DNA of 33,033 nucleotides. Origin: Atractiella rhizophila (Eukaryota). Positions 9,950 to 20,486 of this stretch are shown here, in pieces. Every line of letters begins with the position of its first letter. Positions within the stretch are counted from its first letter, which is position 1. The translations under genes and the position numbers were made by a program. Under the pieces are notes generated by a model. It was not told the DNA's origin. It saw only the letters and a program-made list of their open reading frames with translations, and searched no databases. The DNA is taken from positions 62,001 through 95,033 of the forward strand of contig MU271316.1 of the NCBI GenBank assembly GCA_021432655.1, in the 5' to 3' direction.

Positions 9950-12900
9950 CTACTTGAACCTGGGGAACCAAACCCTATACGGATTCTTGCCCCTATTCAA
10001 GATGGAGAAGTATGGCACGAGCTTCAGCTCGCACTCCTTCCATACAACCCCTCCACCAATTCTCCTATCCGGTTCCTCCTGTTCCATCTCCTCCTCCTCC
10101 TCCATCTCATCTTCTCCATCCCTTCCGACCAAAGGAGTTTCGGGTACAAGCTGGACGCAGGACACTCTCATAGAAACAGGCTCGAAGGGACTTGTTAATC
10201 CTTCAACACCAGCGAATGCCTTTACATCACGGTATTCCACGATCTTAGGATTATCGGGTATCCTAATCGAGCGCAGGTCGACATTGTTGTTATCAATAGC
10301 TTCGGCAGCGTAGATGAGTGGGCCACGTGCGAAACAGACGCTGTTGGCATTGCACTCGTCAAGGTAGTGAGGGTGGATCAGACGAGGGGGCATGTTTATG
10401 CGCAAGGTGAGGGTGGCCGAAGTAGCAAAGTATTCAGACGGAGTGATGATCAACGTGGGACTATTGGTGGGTAGCGGAAGGGGGCGACCATTCGAATCAG
10501 TTAGCTAGAATCTCCACATCAATGCCACCTCTCCATCATAATGAGAAAAAAACTCACATCGAAGCGATCAGCCCACTCTGGAATCCTATGGTCACGCTCA
10601 GTTGCAACATCGACCGAAAGAGAAGGAGAGAACCAACCTAAGAGCGAGCCTGACCTTCTTCCTCAGATGCTGCGTCGCTTCAATGCGAAATACAACCTTG
10701 CCACTCCAAGGCCAATCACAGTCCTCTTGAACGATAGTCACATCTCCACCGCTCAATTCCACCTGCACTCCATCCTCAATTTTCTGTTCTAGATATGAAG
10801 AAAGGGTACCAACCTCGGCCGTGGACGCAACATAAAGGTGCACAAAAATCAGCTCCTCCCCAACTTCGACGAAGTCATCTGAATTGCTCGGCAACGGACC
10901 GACAGAATAGATGTACTTTCCTGTTCCCACCGTCAGTCGCTCCAACATGAGGTCAGTAAAGACGAACCGAGGCTAGTCAACAACCTGGCGACGTTAGGGG
11001 GACAACAACTGCAGTCGAACCAGTCACTCCTCGCGTAATCTCCTTGAATGTTCGCGAGTGGGTTCTCATAAAAGAATGATTTGCCGTCCAGGGACATTCC
11101 GACGAGCACCGCGTTCAAGAGGGCGAGCTCGAGCACGTCAGCATACCGCGTCTCGTATGGGAAGGTAAGGGTGAATTGATGGGCCAGGAAGACGAGACCG
11201 ATGGCTGCGCACGTCTTCATCCTTTCGATGAGCAAAAGGTGGATGTGATAGTTGGGTGGGGACTGACCTCGAGGTAGCCTGTCACGCCCATGCACACAAA
11301 GGTGAGTGTTAGCCATTTGAGTCAAGAGGGAATGAACACACCAGTTTCATTGGGCAAATAATGGTTCGGTCCGAATCCCTCCCATTGTCCTTTCCCCTTC
11401 TCTGAACATACGTCCTATTCTGAGAGGGAAAGAATCTCACCTATAGCTCCGATTCCTCCCTGCAGCAACATCACCGTGAGCCCTTCCTCCTTCATCTCGG
11501 TGGATCAAGCAAGATCAAAACTCACAGTAACATACATCTTCTTCCCTACCATATTATCCCACAACCGCCTAGTTGCGGCCAACAACTCCTCATCTCCTTG
11601 TGCCCTCGCCAAATGTACCGCTCCAGTCAACCTATCCCACAGATGGCATAAATCCAATCATTCTATCTTCGAATCCAAATAGGGCCGCTCACCAATAAAC
11701 GACACGAACAGAATGGCCTTCCACCTGTTCCATCTCCCAAATCGTACTCTGTGCTTGGTTGTACGCATAGGGGTCCTTCGGCCGCCACGCCTGCTTTTGA
11801 GCAGGAACACCACCCCTAGCGCGGGTCTCTCGATCCCAAAATATTTCCCCGTTCTCGTCTTTCTTGCCTCGCTCGCGGATGAAGAAGTCGACAAGGGCGA
11901 GGTCCTCTTTCCTGTACATCGTCCATTATAAATCCATCCATCCGTCATGTCAGATCTCCTTTGTGTGTGGAAGAAGGAAGAGGAACGCACCTGCCCAAGG
12001 TGTCGTATAAGCGCATCAAGGCCAATTCGATTTCTTGATGGCCAGGATACGCTGGCTTCTTCCCCTCCTCTTTCGGACCAAAGGTCTTATAAGTGAGATC
12101 AACGTATTTGAGCATAGTGTTGAGGAAGCGGGGAGAGGAGGTATGGGTGTAATGAGCAAGTGAGGCTTCCAGGAGGTGGCCTATCAAGGTTCATGTCAAT
12201 TTTAGAGCCATTGTGAATTGAAAGGGGAGAGGGGAGGACGTACCACAACAATACATCTCATGCATTTCCCTTTCCAACACATCTGTCAGTCATGGATCCA
12301 TACATCTTGCGAGAGCATACATTGTATCCGTCCACCTCTTTCCAGGTTCCACTATCTCTTCGTCAGTTCTCGCATAACGAAGAGCAGACATGATGTTGGG
12401 AACCGCGCAAATGGGATTGTGCGACCAGAGCGAAAGAAGCAAAAGGAAGGGAAAGGAGGAAGGACGAACCAACAGTATAAAAAGTGTTCAAATACCCATC
12501 CTTAGTCTGCGCTGACTCCAACTTTCCAATCGCCTCCTCAACGAGCCTCTCCAACTCCACTGGTCCGATCTTCTGCCATGCATCCGTCTTTCCAGGCCAC
12601 AAATAAGATCCGCCAATTGCACCAAGACCCGCCAAAGCATTGAACAGCGCGTTCCCCTTTTGGTTATCCGAATTTGAATTCGATGCGACGGAGGAAGAGG
12701 ATGACTGGGCGTGTGAAACAGTTTTGGACTTGATGGTCGATGGACCTCGTTTGGGTTTGGGACGCGCGAGGGAGTAGCACACGGCTTCGATCCATTTGGC
12801 TATGTCGGAGTCCCAGAAGTGGTGTGGCTTCTTATCCATCCTGTTCCTCCCAGGCTTCCATCTGCCAGTGCAAAAACGTGGACATGACTTTCAATTTTTC

Positions 12901-13165
12901 ATTCGATGAGTGGAATGGACCACGTACGTGGATTGGTCCCATCTTCCAGTCTCCACCAACTGCTTGTAGATCGCAGGGAGGGTCTATGCATCGCATTGAG
13001 CAGGTACGAACGTGAAGAAGAAAACGAGGAAAAACGAAGGAAAGAAAAAAATACCTGCGTTTCTATGGCCAACACTTTGGGAGACCAAAAGTTGGAGCGG
13101 ATGGTGACCTGTGTAAAGGGTACAGGGACAGAACTTGAGCCTGAGCTCATTTTTGAGTTTTCCAT
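9950..13165 (-). CDS. Glycoside hydrolase family 127 (beta-L-arabinofuranosidase-like, DUF1680), no signal peptide; about 15 exons
   Basis: Motifs FWDSDIAKWIEA, DGYLNT, HEMYCCGHLLEA, GHQEIELAL, YNQAQ, EGHSVR, MYVTGGIGA, EGFG, YLETCAAIG, FFYENPL, CSCCPPNVARL and RGPLIYAAE. These match the HypBA1-type Zn(Cys)3Glu active site. The start could alternatively be the Met at 13150. Confidence 0.93.
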
Positions 13166-14927
13166 CGTCTTCCTTCCTCACTGCTACTATTACGACTGCG
13201 CGCTTGCCCTGCTTGTGCTTGGGTGATTTTGGAACCGAGTTGATATTATTTTTCACTGACTGAGAATGTCTGTTGATTGGATGAGGACAGGCAAGATAAC
13301 GACTGATGAGATGATAAGCAGGAGGATGGATTTGGAAATGTCTTCGATAATTTGAACAATTCGAAATGAAATGCAAATGGAGGCCGCGTAATCGTGCGAG
13401 GTCACGTGTTGCACTCCAGACACTTCTCTTCTCTTTTCCGAACTCTCACTCGTCTGTACCGCATCAACGCCCGTTTCAGAGGTGATTTGGAAGGACTTTG
13501 TTGGCAGAGAAATGATGCATAATGCATCGTGCATTCCATGTTCACTTGTGCGGACACGGCTCACGTTGAATTACCGCAAAGTGAAGGGAGGAGACAAGTC
13601 GCTCGAGGTTTGTATGTGTTTTTTTTTGTCGCTCTTGCGCAGAGGCAGACTTTATTTCGGTTTCTCTATCCTATCAAGAATGCGAAGCATGTGAAGGAGC
13701 TACATCGCGTCGACCTATGAGCAGAATGTTTTGTATCGGAAGTGTCCTGTATAGTTGTTCTCGTTCTACCATTTTGCGCATTCGTTGCCGGTTCCTTTGT
13801 CCATTCGTTCGACTGCCCTTCGATTGAAGCTCGCTCAGCGCGCCAGGTGTGTGTCGATGGACTTGACAAACCTGATAGCCTCGTGCAGTCTGTCTAAAAT
13901 TGGCCAGAATAAATGGTTGGGTGCTGTCAAACGATCAGCTGACCCTGTGGTTCTTCGCTCCCACTTTAAACTGTTTCCTCGTCTTGTCTTATCACCAAAT
14001 ATCGCAATTTTCCCCAAAGCATGGTATTTGAGCTCATTTTTTCATTGCAATTTGATGTGGAGCAGTCGGAAGAGCTATTTTTCTCGCTTTGTAGCAATTG
14101 CTATATGTCTTCCAGTTTTGGAAAGCTACACTGGCCTTGGTAGGGGACATTTTATGACATAGAAAGGCCATGCAGGTTGATCAGATGCGCCACCCTGTTG
14201 CCGTGCGTCCATTCTCCTTCACAGCAATTGGCATGATGGTGGAATAGCTGACATTGATGCTCCGGCGAGAACTTCTACCTAAGACTCCGTTCTGGCCTCT
14301 CCCGTCCTCGAGCACGAGAGGTCGATTCCATGGCGTCAGGAGAAAATTGCTTCAGTGTTCAGTGAAGTGTCGGTGATGAGAGAATGGAGCAAACAGATAA
14401 CGGGTTTCAAGGATGTCCATTCCTATGGGGACGTCTTGCTGACGGGGAGAAGATTGGCTTCGGATTTTGCTAACGAAAACCTTGCAACACGGTGCCGCAG
14501 AGAGACTTAAGCAGTCGCTTGTCGCAGGAATTGGAAGGAATGTCCGTTTATATTTCCTCGAGACTTGCTGGATGCGTTATTGACGGAAGTGGACTAGATC
14601 TCAGGCACATACTCGTCAAGCTCGTACCGGATCCTCAAGAATTTGAAGCAGCGAGCAACATCGCACAATGGATCGTAACTAACGGAGGTAACTACAGCTC
14701 GGCAGCGCAGGGGGACCTACAGATTGTGAGGATGCGATCCCCGCGTTTTCGTTGAAATGTTGAAGCTGGTCGGCTACAAAATCACGATGAATGAGGGGAA
14801 GTCACGCGTTTATCCGCTCAGTACGGAGTCTCCTTATCATATAATACAAGCCTTTCCCTTCGTCTCATCGACCAGTCACAGTCGTGAGGTAAAGATAACA
14901 GCACTCCGAAGAGTATCTTGAATCAAC

Positions 14928-17019
14928 ATGAGCATCGATCTCCTCTCCACCTCTCCCCTCCCATGCTATGTCTCCCGCAAAGCCTTCCACTCGCCCGGCA
15001 ACAAGACCTACGCCGTCCATCTTCCGTCCTCACCTGCGCAAAAGCTGCATGAAGTATCGAGCATCTCGCTCACCGACGTCCCCGACATCCTTGCCTCTTC
15101 CGCTGCTGCAGCAAAGAAGTGGCGATCGACGCCAGTGGAGGAGAGGAGGAAGATATTCCTCAAGGCGGCTGATGAGTTGGAGAGGAGAGCTGATGAATTC
15201 GCAGCCATCGAAGAGGGAGAGACGACGTCTGATGCTGGATGGGCGAAGTTTGATGTAGGACTGGCTAAGGATCAGTGAGACTTTGGTTCTATCTCTCCTT
15301 CTGTTCCTTCCATACCCCATTCTTTATGCCTTTAAGAAGTAGATCAGATAACTGATGCAATGTTTAGGACGAGGGAGATAGCTTATGCCATCACCTCCCT
15401 TCGTGGAGAAGTCTGTCTTTCCTCTTGCCTTCAACCAGCGCAAATACCTGAGGAACGATCAACAGATCATCACTTCCCCCGGCCAACAAGCCCATCTGCT
15501 CTGGGTGCCATACGGCGTCATATTCGCCATGGTTAGTCCTTCCCTTTCCTCTTCTCTAAAGCAGTGATAAACGCAAACAGGCTCCCTGGAACGCGCCTCT
15601 CATCCTCGGAGCCAGAGCATTCACGAACGCTCTCATCGGTGGAAACGCAGTCATACTCAAAGTGCTTCTTCTCTTCTCATCTCTCTCATATTACCGTATG
15701 CTGACCACGAACGGATAGACCTCCGAGTTCTCTCCAAAGACCCACCTCTGCCTCGCACAGGCTTTTCACGACGCTGGCCTTCCAGAAGGCGTCTTGAATG
15801 TGGTTCACATCGCGCCTGAGGACGCTCCAAAGGTCTCTCCTTCTCTCCTTCCGTTTTCTGCGGCAGGAGGAGACGGCTGACTTGCATGTTTTTGGTTGTG
15901 GGACGCAGATTGTGGAGAGGTTCATAAGCGACCCCATCATCTCCAAGGTCAACTTTACCGGTTCTACGAGAGTGGGAAGGATCGTAGCACAAACATGTGG
16001 GAAGTACCTGAAGCCGTGCACTCTCGAATTAGGGGTACGTTCCCCTTTTCTTTTTATACTCGGAATTGCCTGATTGATTTTGCTGATGGGCAAACACAGG
16101 GCAAGGCACCGGTCATCGTCCTCCCATCCGCCGACCTCAAACTATGTGCCTCCGCACTCGCCTTTGGCTCCTTCTTCCACTCCGGCCAGATCTGCATGTC
16201 CTCCGACCTTATCCTCATCCCCTCCCCCTCCTTCTCCTCTTCCTCCACCTCCACCCAAACTGTCGATCTGAAAACCTTCAAACAGAGTCTTCTCGACGAA
16301 CTCAAGCAGGCTATGAACCGCATGCCTGAGCCTAAAGGGCTCTTCACGGATGTCAGTGCCGAACGTATCGACACGGTTGTGAAGGAGGCGTTGGGGAACG
16401 GTGCGAAGACGTTGGCGGGAGAGTGGACGAGGGAAGGCAATAAGACGGGAAGGGTGGTGCTTGGGGACGTCGGCAAGGACATGCGTTTGTTACCCACCCA
16501 CTTTCTTTCTTCAAGCAACTTGGAGCGAGGTCTGACAGGTCATGAATAGGTGTGTTCAGCGAAGAAAATTTCGCGCCAGTGGTGGCATTCGTCGAATACT
16601 CGTCCATCGAAGAAGCAATCGAGTTAGCGAATAACAGTCTGTCCTCCTATCCCTCCCCTCCAACCGACATCCCATATCCCTCATCTATTAGGATAGTATG
16701 CTGATGACAAGCATAATAGGCGAATACGGCCTCTCCTCCTCCATCTACGGCGCGCCGCACGAAGCCTATCCACTTGCCGAGAAGATCGATGCTGGAGCCG
16801 TACATATCAACGGAAGCACGATACACGATAAGGCTACCGTGCCTCATGGCGGTTTTAAGGCATCAGGATGGGGAAAGTTCAATTCACTCGAGGTGCGTCT
16901 TCCTGCCCCATGTTTTGACGAGGGACATGGTTGGTTGATAGCTTGCTTGGGTGTAGGGCATCAAAGAGTTCTCGAGACTGAAGGTAGTTACTATCAATGA
17001 CCCTCATCCGTATGTTTGA
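14928..17019 (+). CDS. NAD(P)+-dependent aldehyde dehydrogenase (salicylaldehyde/vanillin dehydrogenase-like)
   Basis: Spliced motifs APWNAPLILG, GNAVILKTSEFSP, VNFTGSTRVGR, LELGGKAP (general-base Glu), FHSGQICMS (catalytic Cys), EENFAP, EYGLSSSI, VHINGSTIHD and PHGGFKASGWGKFN. The subfamily call is inferred from the GQICMS and PHGG motifs. Confidence 0.93.
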
Positions 17020-17165
17020 AAGATGAGACTGTTTTATCGAGAGGACAACGAAATGTACCTAAATGATTGAAACTGTTGTAATTTCACAATCCAAGCTTGG
17101 TAAATGTACACTTTCACCATGGTCGATTCCTTGACTCCTTAATATGCTGCGTAAAAGTTTAGAAT

Positions 17166-19278
17166 TCAGGATACCCTGTCCAATCCCACAATCCTTGGTT
17201 CTCCTGCCCCAGACGTAACCTCGAACTCATAACCGACTGGCATCTTCTGTCCAGGCTGGACATCAAGCTTCCACTCGACCTCACCCGGCTTCTTCTCTCC
17301 ACTCCCCTCCTCAACGCTCCATCTCGCATACACTTCTCTTCCACACTCGCTCCACTTTCCCTTCTCTTCCTCCGCCGTCGAGAGAGCCGGAGAGATGAGT
17401 TTAACGACCAGATTGGTGTCTTGAGATACTGGGATCTGGTCTTTCAGCAGCAAAGTGATCCTTGTCGACTTAGAGTTGTGCACTACCATCCTTTGGGTGA
17501 ACAGGTGCGATTTAGTTCGGCTCAGCAGCCCGCTAGTCGAGGAGCGGATGGAGCGTGGGTGGTAGGTCACGCGGATTGAGGGGTCGACTCTGTTCATTTA
17601 TTGCCATCAGCATTCGGATAGATTGAGGGAGAAGGGATATCGAACCCGAGGTTGATTGGAAACTCTTCGTTTACGCTCACGTCTCGTAGCTGGGCGTTGG
17701 CGACAAAGGAACCATCGAGGTAGACAGCCACAGGGCCAGCGAGCAGCTGGTAGTCGGATTGATTCTTGACTTTTGACTGCCAACAAAACCTGATCAGTCC
17801 CTGTCGTGTGTTCCTGAATGGAAAAAGTACATACGTTCAAGTAGACCTTTTCCACCACCTTCGGCACCGCGATCCACTCCAAGGTGGCAGGTAGGTCCAG
17901 CTCAGCAATCGTGACCGTCTTCCCTTCCTTCTCCTCGCTACTGATTCCAGAAGCCGTCAACACAGTCGTCCTCCCAGGCACTTCAAATGTAGCGTTCATG
18001 GATCCTTGTGTCGTCACGGCCGCAATGTTGACAGTCTTCCGCTTTGGGGCTGCAAATTCATAATCGTAGGACATATCGTCGATGCTTCCCAGAGAATCAA
18101 GAAACCGTCCCCCTCCACCGGGAGCAATTTGCGATGCTGACGGTAATATTGGTCGAGCTGAGCGCAACGAACCCATGGGAGGTGCAGGCGGTCGTGGAGC
18201 AGGCGGTCGTTGAAAGTGTATGGTCCATGGAGACAGGGTAGGTACATCCGTTGACGTGGTCGGTTGTGAAGTAGATAGTGTCAACTGGACAGCGTTCCAG
18301 TCCTGTCCATCCACACAAGTTCAGTTTACACCCACCTGGAAGGAGCAGGGAACAATGTACCTCACCAGTGCTTTGAGAAATGTTGGCTTTGTATGCAAGC
18401 GCCACCGGCTTCTCTCCAGATTCTTTGTCCACGACAGTTTTGATTCGTGCGTCAAACAGCGGTTTCCAGCTCGCTCCATAGACGGCTGGAAGAAATGAAA
18501 GTCACGTGATAGCCAAAACAGAACGGGTTCATCCTCACCATAAGTGATTGTGAGCTCAGTTTCTCCTTCAGCTTCAGCAAAGACCCCAATCACCGCCTTA
18601 CTTCTTAGCCAGTCATTCTTTCCTTCCAACTTGTCCCTTTCCTCGTTCGTGACCCTTGCACGCTCCTCCTTGATTGCCTGATCAATTTCTTTGATTTTCT
18701 CAGTCAATTCATGCAGGGATTGGCCCATGTCTGGTGCCTTGTTCGAGTGGAAGTTGATGATATTTTCTAGTTGCTCGACAGAAACTATGGTCCAGATCAC
18801 AGTTAACTTACTACGATTCTGGTACCAAAGGAAAAGGACACATACCATGTTCAGGGTCGACCTTTGACATGTATGTATCAAGCATTTTTGACCGCTTTTC
18901 CACCAAGTCCTTCTCTGCTTGCACAACCCTCCTCTCCTCAGTCAGTTCTGTCATCTTTGGAGTGAAGAATGAGGGGAGCACGGGATGAGGCGAAGTCGTC
19001 AGGGACACATGTTTAAGGATAGTTTCAAAGGTGGAGGAGCCTTCAACACTACAACGTCTCCTCAGCATCCATAGTCAAGGAAACTAAAGAGAGAGGTAAG
19101 CGCACCGTAAACTTTCGCGCACAACCTTCGTTGGCAAATCGGTCAGCACCACCTCGTTCTCTCCCTCTTTCAGATCTGCAGTGAACGTCCGTTTGACCTC
19201 CGCGCGGGATGGGTAGAGCGTCACATGCGTGACAGGGAAAGCGGAAGCCGAAAGGGAAATTTTATTGACTGATTCCAT
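17166..19278 (-). CDS. DUF4140/DUF4139 domain protein, paralog B; 7 exons
   Basis: MESVNKISLSASAFPVTHVTLYPSRAEVKR...ESLRVEG, ASWKPLFD, SQSTGEDWNAVQLTLSTSQP, LLAGPVAVYLDGSF, GVDPSIRVTY, LKDQIPVSQD. Collinear with the gene at 7518-9526, with six introns at equivalent positions. Confidence 0.92.
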
Positions 19279-19562
19279 ATGACGAGAAGGTGTCCTTGGG
19301 GAGACTTGACTTGATGCTCCTTTATGGGACAAAACTCACAGTAAAGGCAAGTCACGCAAGTCACTCTCTGGGCTTGGCGGATCACGAGTAGCGCAGCAGT
19401 TGTGAAATCTCAAATACTAGCCAATAATGACAGCACGTGTGGGTGCTTGCAATGAGCTGCTTGCGAAGCAAGAGAAAAATGAAAAATGGGTTGTGTCGGG
19501 TAGAGCGATAAGAGGTGGAAGAACAATGGTTGCAATATCACTGTAAGGGAAATGGAAGAATG

Positions 19563-20157
19563 TCAGGATTCCTCTTCGTCTCTTTCAAGATTTATCGCCT
19601 CTGCTCAAGATTACATCAGATTTCTCCTTGGAATCAGTGGACAAGGGGACGTACTCCCAAATTTTGAATACAGAGACACCTTCAGTTCGCTCATCTCCTT
19701 CTTGATCTTCTCTTCCTCCTCCTCCCCCTCCTCTAGCTTCACATCTAGTTTCTCCCCACTCTTCTCTGTCAACTCAAGTGCCCTCTCAGTGGAGATGGTG
19801 ACAAATGAAATATCGATCTTATAAGATATCGGATCCTCGGGGTCAGCGAGTTGGAGCTCGAGGAGAAGGTCGGACATGTATTCTTTCTCTTCCTACATCA
19901 TCGCGAATAAAATAAAATTCAGCGTAGATCCCAGGCCGTTAGAATAGAGGAAACATGCGCGCAGTCGCTTCATTTCGCCTTTCAGCGAGTCCAGACGATT
20001 GTTGAGGAAGGAGAATCGGTTGATTTGCTTTTGGTCATCCCACGTTACTTCGACTTCTTCCTGCTCGTCTTCTCGCTGGAGCTAGTCAAACACAGCGACT
20101 ATCAGTTGTCAGGTACCTTGGCATGAGGAAATTATAGCGCACCATTCGTATAGACAT
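19563..20157 (-). CDS. GIM3: Prefoldin subunit 4; 4 exons
   Basis: MSIRM|LQREDEQEEVEVTWDDQKQINRFSFLNNR...RLR|EEKEYMSDLLLELQLADPEDPISYKIDISF...MSELKVSLYSKFG|KAINLERDEEES*. It has the EVTWxDQxxINxFS and LYxKFGxxINLE signatures of PFDN4. Confidence 0.95.
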
Positions 20158-20486
20158 GATTGTGGATTGTTAGCAAAGGATTTCGGGAACAAGAACTAGA
20201 ATTGGGGGCGAAGGAATTGATCAGAAGAGCATCAGTGGTTGGATAAGAGCTGTAAAGACTCAACGGGTCGCCCTTGTCTTGCGACGACTGTTTATATCAA
20301 GCTACGAGTTTGCCCCAACTGTGGTCGTTTCTGCTGGAGCGAAAGCACGAGTGAAAGATCAGAAAGAAACGCACGTGACAATTATCGTGAAAAGATCGCG
20401 ATCGCGTCCTATCTTTCGCTCATTCTCGCCAAATCCCATTATATTTGAGTAAAGATCTTTGGTGTCTAGCATTTGCAGGAGAAGGC
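20158..20486. promoter_or_regulatory. Probable bidirectional promoter between GIM3 and QTRT1
   Basis: The divergent start codons are only 329 nt apart, and the interval contains CACGTGAC at 20372-20379. Confidence 0.55.

Noticed and set aside
2062..13165. Functional link between the Pro-rich (extensin-like) secreted protein and GH127, whose family removes arabinosides from hydroxyproline
   Set aside because: The GH127 lacks a signal peptide, the repeats lack Ser-Pro4 motifs, Hyp-arabinosylation is not established in fungi, and unrelated genes lie between them.
9950..13165. Recent bacterial horizontal transfer of GH127
   Set aside because: About 14 introns in the host's style argue against recent transfer; an ancient origin would need phylogeny to test.
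13166..14927. ORFs in the GH127-ALDH intergenic region (e.g. 13755-14162, 14492-14755)
   Set aside because: Non-ATG starts, no domain motifs and no exon chain; treated as promoter DNA.
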